Shown: positions 23,386 through 37,358, counted from the first letter of the stretch. The stretch: DNA of 59,413 nucleotides from Guillardia theta CCMP2712 (GCF_000315625.1 NW_005434526.1:1-59413), one strand, 5' to 3'. Translations and numbers: made by a program. Notes: generated from the sequence alone by a model not told the origin.

Positions 23386-26300
23386 TTATTTCACACCGCG
23401 AAAGTTCGAAATAAAACCCTGATCTCTTTCACCGATTGCATACCTCGCTCTTGGTTTTCTCCTCAACAGACAGACTGATGTACAGAACAAACGCAAACTT
23501 CTGTTCAGTGCATCATCCACCGCCGTTGAACTTGTCTTCCAGCGCTTGAATCTGCTGTTGCAATTGCTCTCTCTGGAGTTGACATCTTCATCACAAGAGC
23601 AGCACAAGGACCCTTTGAACACCTGATTCATGTTGGTATTCAGTGCCTGCAAAGAAAGATCAACAAAAGCCATTGAGAGAGATTAGTAGACGTACCGCAG
23701 CGAATCTTTGTTTCAACACCGGATTTGCAGCTCTGTTAAGATGTCATCAAATTCAGAGGAAAGAACGTGATCAAGATGTTCCTGTCTTGGTCTTCCTTCT
23801 TCTTTTTGTACTCCTCCTCCAGCTCTTGTATCTTCGCCTGTGTGGTAACGAGAGTCAACCCTTCACAAGCAACGCAGTCAAACAGCTCTTGCCTTAAGCG
23901 TGTTCATCTCCTCTAACAACATCTTCTGCTCTTCTGTCAACTCCTTGGGCTCCTCAGGAGCAGCAGCAGCCGCTGGACTCTCCCCCGCTCCTTCATCCAC
24001 TTGCTCCCCATGCCTTGGTTCCTCTCCATGTCCATCAAACTCGCCTCCTTCCTGCACTGCCTGCTCCTCTTGCTGTTCTTGTCCTCCCACTGCCTGCTCC
24101 ACAGTCTCCTCTTCAACCATGTCATCCAGACCGTCAAGCATGTCCTGATCTTGATCTGCCTCCTGCTGTGGCAGCATGGTCAGGCTAGGGCGATGACCAG
24201 TCCTGACTGCTCACTTGCTCTGCGGAGGCTTCTTGGGAAAATCCTCTGACTGCAATGAAGCAATGAGACAAGAGATTGAAGTTTGAGAGGAGGAGGAAGA
24301 GGATGTGAGACAAGGATCGTTACCATCGTCTTGTGGTTCTTGACTGAGAGATTGCGTGTCTGACGTGTAAAGGTCAGTTGATCATTTCATGCCACCTCTT
24401 GCAGACCTTGACCCATCACGTCTCCTTCCATCTGCAAATACGACAGTGAGATTTGAGCAGCGTCTCATCAACATCAAACTTACACTCATGTTGTCTGTTT
24501 CGGCGTTCACGTCTGGAGTAGCCCTATCCCCGAGGTCCTGGGCAGCATCAAGAGAGTGATTCTGGGTGAAAGGCAATCCTACATCGGCGGGAACGAAAGT
24601 GACTTGAGTCTGCAGAGCGATCAACTAGAGACTCGTCTCCTCTGACAGATCCTCCTTTCCTCTTACTGACCTCGTCCCCGTGATCATACACTTCTCCGTG
24701 ACTGTCCGCATGATTGTCGTCACCCTGGTGGACGTTTCAAGAAACAGCCTCGGGAGGAAGGAGAGGGGGTCTCTTTCAGGGTTAGAGTAGGGATCATACC
24801 GGCATGAGAATTTCTGGATCCCCATCTTGACCTGCCGGTCAGCATGAGGACACGAGACGCGTATAGGAAGAAGCAGACGCCCATGACGACCTGACATATC
24901 CTCTGGCGGAAGGATCTTCATGGAGAAGAAGTCAGCGAGAATGAAGCAGACCGCACAAGATAGGACAGAACATCGATCTAGCTCAAGAAGAACACAAGTT
25001 CGTAAGGTGTCTTGTTACCTGGGGCTCTGGCGAGTCGTATCCCTGGGTTTGTTCGAGCTGATAGAGGACAAAATGAGGAGAAGGCGTGATATGGCAAGAA
25101 GGTACAACATGATTGGCAGGGGCGCCAGCATCTTCCATCTGTGAAGTTGTAGACGTCAGCATCGGTCAGGGAGTGAAGGATTGGAACGAAACGGGCTGAA
25201 GGAGAGAAGAAGGAGAGGAGGAGTAAAGTTCGCGGATGAACACGAGAAGGTCATGATGTGTCGAATTGAATGCGAATGATACACCAACAAGGTCGAGGAC
25301 ACTGTTCTTCACCTCAGGAGGATTCTCTTCATCGTCAAGAAGTGCGTTCTCCAGCTCCTCCGCGAGTTTGTTCTCCTGGTTGTCTTGCTGTTCGGTGAGA
25401 AACGACATCAGCACCCGACTGACACACACTCAACCCACCTCCACAGTATCCAGCTCTGCCTGGGCTTCGTCGTCCAGCTCCGCTTCCAGCCGGGCCTACA
25501 AACAAGCACGCCCTCAGCAAACAAGCTGCTGTCCTCCCCACTGATACTCGATACCTCCTCGTCGAGATCGAGGGGAAGCTGGTTGTCATGTACTGGGGAC
25601 GAATGCCACGTCACGATCAGTCGCTCTCAAGTCAGTCAATCACCCATCAGCTCCTTGGGCATGTCGCACTCGGCCTGAGTCATGAGACCTCCAGCTCCGT
25701 CTCCTACTCAGCCAGTCAGGGAGGGACAGTGCAGAGGCAGGAGGATTTCACCGTAACATCTCATCTTAAACCTGACTTTGGTAGCAAGGAAACCAACCTG
25801 TTGTGACAAGTTCAACCAACTATGACGATCTCGATGGTTGTTGTTGTCGTCGTTATGATCACTCGAATTACAATCATTTCCATAGTCATCATCATCTTCA
25901 TCACCATCCTTGTCAACATCAACTACGTGTACTAGTTTTTGTATCTGTACTCGTACTCCCTCTACTCTACATCTTATGAGGCACCTTCATATCATCCACC
26001 ATCACAACGACCGATAACAACAACTTACCCTCTTGTGGTTGTCCTGGCGATACGCTCGTCCATTTTTTCGATAATACATCTCACCATCCTGCAACACACA
26101 CATCCGGCAAGTGATCAGCATGTTCAAGCTCTGCCCTGTACTTCACCTTCCCGCGATAGGGCTCCCCTCCTCCCTCTCCAATGTCTTCGTTTTCTGCCCC
26201 GTTGAAAGCCGTCGGCTCGCACTCCTCCTGCACCCGCGTCATTCGAGACCAGGAGCTGGACAGCACATTGTACGACAGCGCAGGCATGTAGCAAAGGAGG

Positions 26301-28245
26301 ACAGCGTTCAGGGAGGTAAGGAAATGTACACAAAACAGCAGAACAATCACGTAGACAGCAGATGTTAGCAAGCAACAATCAAACATCTCCGTTCCTCTCC
26401 ACACATCGACAGAGACAACGGAAAACAGAAGCAACAAACTCAAAGACCATTAGCAATCTCACCTCGATTTCCTCCACTTCCGTATCTGCAAGCATCATGA
26501 GTTTTCACTACATTACGTTCAAGCTCAAAGTAAAGAGTTCACCTGTTTGCTCTGCCCCTCTGCTCAAGAGCAACACGAAGAAAGCCAATGAGTCACGGAA
26601 CAGCAACGTCAAACATGCGTCGATTCGAACTCACTTGTTCTGAAGGCGTAAGATGTGTCGTTCTGCTCTCATGATCGCGTTTTTACGATTGCGCTTCTTC
26701 TGTAACGCCCACAACCTCGTCAGAGAGCGATGGCGACAAGACCAGAAGAGAACATCTCCAAGAGTATCTACAACATTACCAGCAGGCACAGCTTCTTGTA
26801 GTGGGGGGTGTGACGTAGAAATTCCCGTGCAATCTTGTGCGTCGGGGGAGTGATACCGCTTGACAGGAGTCAAGAGCAGTCAAGGGTGGAGAGGGAAGCA
26901 TGGAAAAAATAGAGTTGGGGGGGGAGGGGGGAATGTAAGGAGTTAGGATTGGGGACAGGAAAGAGTGAGGGAGGTTGGGGGGGTTGAGAAAGCACAGGAA
27001 AGGGGAGTGGTGAGGAGCAGGAAGGAGGAAGGAGTTGTTGAAGAAAGCAGACGGCAGGACGTTAGGGGTAGGAAGGAGGTGGTGGAGAGGAGAGTACCTC
27101 TCCAGCCGACCAGAGGGACGGCTCTCACGCAGAGTCTGCTCGCAATGCACATGACGCATGGTGGTGCATTGATGAGTTTTCAAACCTTCGCCTCCTCGAC
27201 ATCTTCGTGCACAACCATGATCTGCAGCGGGAGAGAATGTCAGGGACGAGGCCGAAGGAGAGACGAGGTGAATGCTGGGTCAAGATGTGTTCTGAGCAAC
27301 CTTGCAAACACTCTCTAGCACATCACAAACTCATCCTCATCCGCGCATCCTCTTCACACGAGACACTAACCTGAGAAACATCGCATGTCTTGATGTAATC
27401 TCCACTCTTCCCATCGATCGTTCGGTAGGCCTGTCGACACGTGAGGACGCGTCCTCATCACTGCATGCTCGACTCGCCTCCACAAGAGTCGGGAGGTCGC
27501 AGAGAGACGCCGGGAGGTTCTCAACCTGAGGCGTTCCAGCGCCAATGGTGAAACATCCTGTTTCCACACGTCAAGCAAGGCTGAAAGCAACGGTATCAAG
27601 AGTTTGAGCAGGGCAATGACACGGAGAGAGGTGGAGAGGTGGAGAAAGGTGGAGGGAAGGGGAGGAAGGGGAGGGAGGGAGGAAAAGAAGAACACAAGTC
27701 GTCCTCTGGTACCTGGTCGACCTCTGAACCCGGGTGTCGTTTTTTCCTGCAGGGAAGGATGAGGAGAGGAGGGAGTAGACGCAGCATGTACAGGATCTAT
27801 TCTCAGCTCGAGCCCCTCGAAGTTGTTGGCCTCGATCATGGCACGAACCTTTCCATAATGTCATCAGTGCGTGTACGGCTGCAGGGAACAGTCTTTACTC
27901 GCTGGGCATACGCGGGAGGGAGCCTCAGGATGAATGCTCTGCGGGGATTGATGAGAAGGGAGGGGCAAGAGGCAAGGTTCACCTATCTCCTTCTTCGGTG
28001 TTCTCCTCCATCCTTCGAGCTCCTCCAGGGAACTGCGAGGAACAGCTTTCTTAAACCACAACCTCCTTCCTGGTCCGCTGAATCCGCCTCTCCTCAGTCT
28101 CTGCTGATGCATATCTGCCTCCTAGCTGCCTCATTGTTGTCACATCGTCGTTTCTCTTCCATTCTTCCCTCCTCCCCTCCCTTGTTCCCTCCCTCCCTCT
28201 AGCTCTCCCTTCCTCCACCTCGCTCGTTTCTCTCAGCCTTCCCAT
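23386..28245 (-). CDS. Large multi-exon hypothetical protein(s); acidic central region, C-terminal coiled coil; structure not resolved
   Basis: Chain of minus-strand coding-like segments separated by short GT-AG introns (e.g. NVVDTLGDVLFWSCRHRSLTRLWALQKKRNRK, QQDNQENKLAEELENALLDDEENPPE, EPKELTEEQKMLLEEMNTLK, AKIQELEEEYKKKE). May be more than one gene. Confidence 0.5.
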
Positions 28246-28875
28246 GGTCGGCCTTGTTGGTTGACTAGAAGTAGCTGAGTAAATTTGAACCGGCGACCAC
28301 CTACTGCCGGGCCCCGGGGCCCGGGGACCGGGGCCCGGCGAAGGTAACTACTGAGACGCGGCAAGGTCAGGCCAGAAACTGGCTCAAAAGTGATGTAACT
28401 GCCAACGTAACGTTAAGGCTATTTTAGAAAACAAAAAAAAAACGTCTTCAGGGTTTGAATACAGAACCCCTCTTTTTCTCCTTCAAAGTACCGGTGAATT
28501 TAACTTTGAGAGTACAACTTGGAATCTGTTTGTTCTTTGATACTGGCGCTGACGGGGCTCATGGCGGAGTAAACGGCGGATAGAGTGGAGAGAAGGGAGG
28601 AAGGAGAATGAGAGGCGAGGAAATGCTGAAAGGACGAAGGAGCGAAATATATGCAGAGAGTGTGTGATATGAAGACAGATATCCAGTCAAGGCAGGGAAG
28701 GCAGGGAAGGCAGGCAGGGAAGGCAGGAATGCAGGCAAGGCAGGAAAGAGAGAGGGAGGAAAGGAAACAAAGCACAGACGCGGACACTACTTCTGCTGTG
28801 CTACACTCAGTAGAGCTGTTGAACCACCGTGAGGATATGTCATGATCTGATTGTTGCTAACGTGGGAATGTACCA

Positions 28876-31800
28876 ATGTCCTCCACCTACTTCGAGCTTC
28901 TTGATCTGACGCTGCCTGCCTGCAGTCTCGACGCCGTGAGGGAAATCATGGGCTGCTGCGAAAGTCGCCATGATCCCTCCCTCATGTCTTCGGGGAGACC
29001 GGAGATGTACAAGAGCTCTATCGACGAGGGAGGAAGCATGCCGGCGGTGGAACGAGCAGCCGAGGCGATCCGCGCCTCGGCTGGAGGACAGCTGACGCCT
29101 GGGGGGCTCCGAGACGTCCGACTCGCCCTCCTCGCCCTCCCTCGCGACCCCAACAGCGTCCCGGAGGTCGAGCAGCGCGACATGTCGGAGATCGTTCAGA
29201 TTCTCAAGTGTGAAACTCAGAGTGCCGACTTGATGCTGACGGGGCTGGTGCTCATGCGGTACCTGGCTCAGCGCCAGGTCAACCAGAAGAGAATGGCGGC
29301 GACGGACTGCGTTTCCCTTGTGCTGCAGGCCCTTCAGATCCACGACTCGAACCCGACGCTGCAGGGAGTAGCGTGCGATACCCTGGGGAACCTGCTGCAG
29401 GAGGAGATCAATACCGAGCAGTTCCTGCAGCAGAGAGGGGTGGATGCTGTCTTCCGAGTGATCAATGCCAACATGTCTCACACGCGGGTGATGGAAGCGG
29501 CATGCTTCCTGCTAGGGAACGTGGCGTCGTCGGAGGAGGGACTGAAGCACATTGCGAGGAACGGAGGAGGGAAAGTTGCGCTGTCGGTGATGAAGGCCCA
29601 TGACAAGGATCCTGAACTTCTGCGGGAGCTTCTCTTCCTGACCTCCAACGTCGCGCAGAGTCCACAGCTACAGCAAGAGCTGACGGACGCAGGGGCGGTG
29701 GAGGCTGTGCTGGGGGTTATGCAGCAGCATGTCGCGTCCCCTGAGCTTCAGGCGATGGCCTGCTCTGCCATCGACAACCTGTGCTCCGCTCCTAGCAAGG
29801 GTGAGGCGATGTTTCCATTCATGTGTGGGAGTGGAGAGGAGGGCGTACAAGACGTTGCAGAATAGATGGGAGGAGGAGACGGTAAAATGACGGGAGAGGA
29901 GGAGGAGGAGGAGGATGAGAAGTTACATGTCTACAATGATCTTGAAATTAGCGGATTCTGTTGCTCATGATTCAGACAGTGGTGGTGTATTGTAGTAGCT
30001 ATTGAATTGCAGGAATGAGCTTCGGGAGATTGTGCAAGCATGGAACAACGAGGAGGATGACGAGGGCAGGAAGGAGGGAGTAACGCGGTTCAATGCAGGA
30101 ACTGAAGGAAACAATAACAACACGAACGCTTATCGGCCTTCTGATTCGGCGGTAAAGACTATCATCCAGGCTGTTGACAGGCATTGCAACGATGCCTCCG
30201 TAGTGAGAAGAGGAGCAGGTAGGAGAACTTGTCCTGCTGTTCATCAGCGTACGCAGTCGATTTTGCTTCTCTGCATTGCAATCTTGTTCCGTTGATGACC
30301 CTGATGATGATTTCTTGATATTCCTGCAAGACTTTGAGCCTCGTGCTATCAGGTGCCCTTGCAACTCTCGCAAGTCTCAAGCCAGCGCTGTCAAGCTTCA
30401 TCGGCAAGGAGGAGACGGTCCAGTGCCTGGTAGAGGCTGGGAGCTCGGTGCTGAAAGGGAAACAAGACAACCAGGCGGTGATTCAGGTACTGCCCTCTCG
30501 AGTTTGTTCGCTTCCTATCCCCTCCTCTCTCCCCTCCTCTGTCTCCCTCCTCTTCCCTCCCCTAAAGATCTCTTTAGAAATCGCAACCTTACTCCTCGAA
30601 TCATTCTCTTTTTGCACTTCCAACTTTCATATCCTTCCCGCCCAGCTCCTTTCTCTCCTCCTTCAGACTTCATGGATCCTTACAGCCTGCTGCGTCCTCC
30701 TGCAGTCCCTCACTCCTCCTTCAGGTGTTCCGAGCCCTGGAATCTCTCGCAGACGTCAAGGAGAACAAAGCTCTTCTGAGCAGAGAGGATGGAGCCGTAC
30801 AGCTTGTTATGACCCTCGTGAATGTACTTGAGCCTCTTTCGTCTTCCCTCCTTTCTCTTCTTGCCCTTTCCTCCCTCATCCCTCCACCCCCTCCTCCCTC
30901 ATCCCTCCACCCCCTCCTCCCTCCTCCACCCCCTCCTCCCTCTACTTCCTCTGTCTCTTCGCTCACCTCAACCTCTGCAGTCTTCAAGTCCTCGTCCGGC
31001 TCCTGTCGCCAGAGCTCTTGCCTTCATCGCCAAATTGTGTGAGAACGATGACATGAAGCAGCATCACCCCCAGGTTGATCCCTGTCAACTCACATGTCCC
31101 TCGAATTCCGTCCTGCCGCGATTGATGTTGCTTGCTATCATCATCCTCTTAATATACTCGTCCCTCCCTCCCTCCCTACTTCCATCTCTCCTTTCCTCTC
31201 CCTCTCTCCTCTCCTCTGTCCCGCTTCATTTATTTTCGTTCTCTCCACCCTCCTTGTTGCCATTTTTTCCATCCATCTTTGACGCATCTCCGTTCTTCCC
31301 GACCCTGCTTCTATCATCGTTTTTCCCACCAGCTTCACTACCATGATTCTCGTTGTGCTCGTCCTCATCAACATCGTCAGATCAAGGAGGACTTGGGGCT
31401 TGAAATGGTCTCCTCCTCCCTCTCGCACTTCTGGAATCATCCTTCTGTCGTCATCCCGGCATGCACCATCATGGCAGGTCTTTTTCCTCCCCCCCTCCTC
31501 CCCTCACTTCCTTTTTCTACCCTCCCCTCCTCTCCTCTCCCCTCCTCTCCTCTCCCCTCCTCTCCTCTCCCCTCCTCTCCTCTCCTCTCCTCTCCTTCAC
31601 TCACCTCCCCCTTCCCTCCTCCCCACCCCTCGCCTCCTTCCTTAACTTGAGCATTCCTCACCAACTTTCCCAGCGCTGGCAAAGGACACGCAGGAGGAGG
31701 AGACGATGAACGGCCACAGATCAAGCATGGGTGAGAACGTAGACTTGTGGAAGAGAGCTATGGGAGGCCTTCTCAAGGCTGTGAGGGCTCGACCCGGTAT

Positions 31801-32243
31801 CTTCCTCTCCTCCCCTATCCTCCCCCACGCTTCCCTCTCCTCTCCTCTCCTCTCCTCTCCTCTCCTCCCCTTCCCTCTCCTCCCCTTTCCTCCCCTCCCC
31901 TCTCCGGATCCCTTCCCCTGTCCTGTCCCCTCTTCCTCGTCCTGTCCTGTCCTGTTCTGTCCCTTGCTCTCCCTTACTTATCTCTTCTCTTCATTTCCTT
32001 TCTCCTTTCCCACATCCTCTTCCTCTTTCTACTTCTCCTTCTCATCCTTCTCTTGCAGGTGATGTGGCTGTCGCTGTGAGCGCCTGTGTTGCTCTGGCTT
32101 GGCTGTGTGAAAGGAGGGTGCAGGTGAGAAGAACGAGTTTGAGTTCTTCATCCTCCCTTAGCCTGCGACCTGATTGATCCCTTCCTCCACTTTGTCCTCA
32201 GTATCAAACATGTCACAAACAGCACCAAGAACATTCACTTTTC

Positions 32244-32292
<49 letters not shown>

Positions 32293-34209
32293 CTTCTTAC
32301 TACAACTACCCCCACCACCTTGATTGTCGTCATTGGTGGTGGTGGTGGTGGTTTTATTGTTATTATTGTTGTTGTTTTTGGGAAGGAGAGTAGAACGAGG
32401 GTGCTGTTGTTTTTGTTGATGATATCTCCTCCTCCTCCTCCTCCTCCTCCTCCTCCTCCTCCTTCTCCTGCTTGTTACTTTGTCAATGTGTTGCTGACTG
32501 TCTTCTCTATCAGCCGTCAACCTCGGAAGTTGGTGATCTCATGGGAGCATTCGTCATGGTCATGCGAGCGCATCCGAGGGATGCGGATGTTGCAGAGGTG
32601 AAGGAAGAGGCGGGAAGAGGCGGGAAAGAGGAGGCGAGCAAGAGGCGCAACATAATGGAGGAAACCAAGGCCCAATGTGGCTGAAGGAGGGGAAGAAGGG
32701 TTGTAGAAAGACAAGGGGGAGGGTGTGGAGGGAAGAGAAAGAGGGAAGGAGAGAGATGAAGGGATGGGAGAAGTGAAGGGGTAGGAGACGAAGAGTGTGA
32801 AGGTGGAGAGGGTTACTTCACGTGTACTTTGAGGACTCCTGGGCTACAGCTGGAGCTGACGGCATGGCCTTGCAGGCGGCGTGTTTCATGTTTTCATCGG
32901 TTGCCAAGGAGAACTCCCCAGCTATCCGCCAGCAGGCGAGACTACCTGACAAGGGCCGTGCGCGGGTGTAACTCAGAGCGTCAGGTGATCAAGTCTGGAG
33001 CTCCTCTGCTCGTCGTGATGGTCCTGCGCCACTTCAGTGAAGCCCCTGGTGATTTGCTTCCTCCTCCTCCTCCTCCTCTTTGCTCCTCCTCCTTGCTTTC
33101 TCTTCCTCCTCCTTTTCTTTCTCCTGCTTCTCCTTCTCTTCACTCCTTCTCTTACTCCTTCTCCACCTTGCTCCGTTCGCCTCCTTCTCCTCTCTCTACC
33201 TCCTTTTCACTCCGTTTGCCTTCTCATTATCATCAACTTTCTTCTTCTCCTCCTCCTCATCATCATCACCACCATCTTTCGCTCCACTCTCCGCTCCCCA
33301 TACTCCCGTCTCTACCTCCTCCCCCTCTGTCCCCTCCCTTGTGTCCCTTCGTCCTCCTTAGTGTTGCTATCGCCATCGCCACCACCTCTTTCTCTGTCCT
33401 GTTTTGAATCTTTGGTCCTATTTCTTCCCTCCTTGCTCTATCTTCCTTCCTCTCCTGCTTGCCCAGCCTTGTTCCCCTCCTCTCTTTGCTTCTCCTCTCT
33501 CGCCTCCTGCTCCTTCTCCTCTCTCGCCTCCTGCTCCTTGGCACGGCATGCGCTGATCCTCTAGCAGGGGAAGTTCAGCCTGTCTTGAGGAGGGCAGTCA
33601 ACGCCATCCGCCTGGTGGGTCTCGATGACCAGGCGACCGCTGGTAAGAGGCGGGGAGAGGGGAAAGGAGACAGAGATAGAGACAGAGACAGACAGAGGCA
33701 GAGGCAGAGACAGAGACAGAGACAGAGGCAGAGGCAGAGACAGAGAGACAGAGAGACAGAGACAGAGACGGAGACGGAGGCAGAGGCAGAGGCAGAGGCA
33801 GAGGCAGAGGCAGAGGCAGAGGAATGTGGGGGGTGAGAGGAGGGGGGAGGAGGGAAGAGGGAGAGGAGTTGGTGAGTCGGCAGGTCTCTCTGTCTCTGAA
33901 GAAGACTGCGAGATGCAATGGACCAGGAAAAGATGTACCAGGAGGGAGAGCAGCAAAGGGGCAAAGAGGAGCGAAGGAGGAGGAAGCTGGAACTTGATTC
34001 TTGCTTCTTTCAGGTGCTGTTCGCCTGGCTCGAGCGCCTGAGGCTCTGAAGAAGATTATTTCGAGGTTTCCCGAAAATGCTTCTTTGTCGAAATCAGGTC
34101 ATCACTGAATCCCTTGCGATGATGTTTGTTGTGGTGACATGTTCATTTGTCTCCGGCAGCTTCGACAGCTTTGAACAGCATCGAGCAATCAGCATCTTCA
34201 GGCTTGTGA
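28876..34209 (+). CDS. Armadillo (ARM) repeat protein, multi-exon
   Basis: Exon 1 (28876..29800) has ARM units (LQGVACDTLGNL, VMEAACFLLGNVA, LQAMACSAIDNL, DAGAVEAVLGVMQQH). Later exons continue ARM-like text and end ...ARAPEALKKIISRFPENASLSKS|ASTALNSIEQSASSGL*. Confidence 0.75.
33666..33822. repeat. (GACAGA)n/(GAGGCA)n intronic satellite
   Basis: Read directly; lies between a gtaag donor (~33643) and a ttcag acceptor (~34013). Confidence 0.85.
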
Positions 34210-34704
34210 AAGTTGCAATTGTGTAGGAAGCAGGCGGAGCTGGAGAAGACTGATGTTGTTCTTGTATAGTTTTTCCATTACATTCGATCACTGTCGAGAA
34301 ATTCGTCTATTTGTCCTCTTAAAAATATTCACTCTCACTATTCTGAAATGTGGAACGAAACCTGAGTTTTGATGGGAACAATGAATGATGATGACCACAC
34401 CACATTAAACAATATCTGATTAAATCATATTGACAGCGTAGATAACAAAGTTTACAAGCAGTGCGATCTGTACATACCCCCCGCATTGAGTTCTTGCCGA
34501 TCGTTCAGCTAGTGAGCATCTCGATAGCGCACATCAACAAGCGAGAGAATCGTCGGTGGTCGCAGATGATCAAAGTTGAGGAGTTGTTGTGATGCAAGAA
34601 ATCATGTGTCCTCTCTCTGCTTTCAAACCAGAGGAAAGGTCTGCGTGTCGTCTCTTTGACATGGCCTGTCACAACATTTCAAAGAAAGCAGATCTTACCA
34701 CTGA

Positions 34705-35481
34705 TTACAGAGACAAACAGATACAAGTTGAAGAACACTGAACATGACAACAGACATGCTTTCTACACAGGTTATAGTTACCTGTGCATATTGCACTGTT
34801 TGAATGGTTGTGACAACAGCTTTTGGTTTGATGATGAGGATGATTTAAAGGTTGACTGTCGCCGATGACCTCCATCAAACCTATCCACTGACTCTGTTCT
34901 GGCCATCTTTCATCTTCTGATTCACAAGCTCGTTCAAGACCACGATTGTTCTCTTGCTCGCGTTGATTGCGGAAGTAAAACATTCGAAACTGATCCCAAG
35001 TCATCTCCCTCATGCTGCTTGTGATTGAGGCAGGCATCAGTGATGCTGGTAGCTGCTTGAGTTCACAGAGCAACTCTGATAGCCTCGAGTCCTGTCTCGC
35101 TGCAGATACAATCTCGTCACATGAGATCTTGAAGCCCTGATGGCTCAGACTTGAAGATCGCCGACGAAACATCTTCTTGGCTGTGAAACTACCATTCGGT
35201 TCCAAGTTCGGCACTAGCTGCTCTGGTGCCCCGTGCTCAAACATGGACCTCCTGCTGCCATGTTGAGGCATGCTGGTGTTGCTGATATGTCTTGGTGATG
35301 TGGCACCTGGTGAGACCCCGAAGAAGTCGTCGAACAACTCTTTGTGCGCAGGGACGCACATCGGGTTCCCAAAATCCTCAAGAAGTTGCATCTGAGTCAA
35401 GCATGCATGTTGGCCGTGATGCGACATGGACGACGGAGGACGCTCCTGACAACTCTGCGTCATGTTGATATCCTCCTCCAT
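34705..35481 (-). CDS. hypothetical protein (ends probably spliced)
   Basis: 258-aa ORF with coding-like composition; no confident domain. Confidence 0.5.
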   Translation of the reverse strand: MEEDINMTQSCQERPPSSMSHHGQHACLTQMQLLEDFGNPMCVPAHKELFDDFFGVSPGATSPRHISNTSMPQHGSRRSMFEHGAPEQLVPNLEPNGSFTAKKMFRRRSSSLSHQGFKISCDEIVSAARQDSRLSELLCELKQLPASLMPASITSSMREMTWDQFRMFYFRNQREQENNRGLERACESEDERWPEQSQWIGLMEVIGDSQPLNHPHHQTKSCCHNHSNSAICTGNYNLCRKHVCCHVQCSSTCICLSL

Positions 35482-36776
35482 AAAGCTCGCTGACCTGGTG
35501 AGTCCAAGAAATCAGATGCCATAGATCGCATTGCTCTGAATCAAATTCTTTATCCTCCTGCCGAAAAATGATCGTGCGACTCGCTGTCGCATGATCATCT
35601 TTGAGCATCAACCTCTCTGAGCAGTACTTTCCTTTGTGCCCAATTCTTACATCCTACCTATTCGTATCTTGTGCAACGATTGTTTTCGTCACAGTGCATC
35701 ACTCGTTTCTACCATCGATGTCGCATCACAACTCACGACGAGGTCCAACACAAATTCAAGGAAGGTAAAATGCTGTGGAGAAGATTTCCAAACACCATTT
35801 TTTTTCTATCCTATCATTCTTTCAACTTATGAACGACTTCTCTCTCGTTGTCTTGATGTCTCTTGCATTCTCTGAGCCGTCCTGCGTTTCACTCATATTC
35901 CTCTGTGCTAGACGTTCGCATGCTAGTTGTCATTCTCTCCTCCTCCCTAACCTTCCACATGTTTCGCACGTGTCGCCCCCCTCCTTCATCTTATCTCTGC
36001 CACAAGTCTCCGACTCATTTCGCTGCTCGTCTCCCTTCCTTCCATCGCTCCCGCCATCCCCCATCGCGTCTCCAACCATATCTCACGTTGCGTTCCCCCA
36101 TTCAACCCCTACCCCCCCCTGCGGTAAATATTCTTGTACCCGACCTTCACCCCCTTGTAGTACCAATACTGTACCCCACCACCCCACCCCTACCCCCTCT
36201 GCGCCCTTCGTGTCCCCTCGGAGAGTCCAGCACACATCACATCCAGTACGGTAGGGGCAAAAGGCTCTACCACTGAGTACCGGTACTTGTTGTTTGAGAT
36301 TACGGATATGAGGGGTGGGTGGTGGGTCCTTTTCGTACAATTGGTAGTTCCTTTCCGCCGCCCCTTGGATACGACCCCCGCGAGTCTACCTACCCACCAT
36401 CTCGAAATTGGACCCCTCGTTAAACTAGGAATCTACCCCCTCGATTGACCCTCACAGTGAGTTTTCGGACCCCACCCCATACCAATCAGTCTCGTGGTAT
36501 ATCTCGCAGGACTCGGAAGTTCCAGTGGACCCAGTTTCAGTGCTTTTAATTTCAAATCTTCATTGATTCAATTTGACATGGAAGGGAAATGAACTAGGCG
36601 AATGGTTGACGTGTGAAAACTCCAAAAATCAATCTCGAGATATTTCAGCTCTGGCGCGCGCCCGTTGATTCACTGCTGCCGTGACCGGGCCCGGGCCCGG
36701 AGCCGGCGAATTCTGCGGCGCCTTCTTAGTATTGGGTCTTAGTGGAGATGAGGGTTGCAAACAGACGGGCGCAGGC

Positions 36777-37358
36777 ATGGCAAGGGTTGTTGCGATGGTT
36801 GCAGTTGGCCTGACGTGCTGTAATGCTTACATCAGCTCTCTATACCCCCTCCCTGCCAGATCTCTGTCCACAGATCATTCCAGCGCCTTGCTGACAGGGT
36901 CCTTGAGAGGACCATGGGTTGAGCCCGCCTCTGTCGCATGCTACATGGCGGGAGGGGAAGGCGCCGGGAGCAGCGGGGAGGAGAGCCTTTCAGTGAAGGT
37001 ATTCAGAGAGCAGCTGGAAAGGAAGTGGATGTTGTCAAGAATCCGAGCGAAGACTGTCTTCTTGCCCTTCGAGGAAGCTGTGAAATGGACGAGAGCGCTG
37101 GTGAGGAGGTAACGACCCACCCTTGTCAAATTTGTAACTTTGCTACAGGGGTGGTGGGAGAGCAAGGAGGAATGGCAGGAGTGGATCGAATGGGGCGAGC
37201 TAAAGAATCCTTACATCCCCTCCAACCCTGAGAGGTATTACGGAGAGCGTGGAGAGTGGAAGGGATGGGATTATTGGCTGGGAGTTAGGAGCGGCTGCTC
37301 TCCTGAGGACCTGGTGGACATTGCGACGAGGCGGACGGAGGACGGAACGCCACTTTAA
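36777..37358 (+). CDS. Probable plastid-targeted small protein with a phage-integrase-repeat-like (INT_rpt) W-rich domain; intron 37101..37148
   Basis: Leader MARVVAMVAVGLTCCNA-YISS. The spliced product reads FLPFEEAVKWTRAL|GWWESKEEWQEW...IPSNPERYY...EWKGWDYWLG. Confidence 0.75.
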
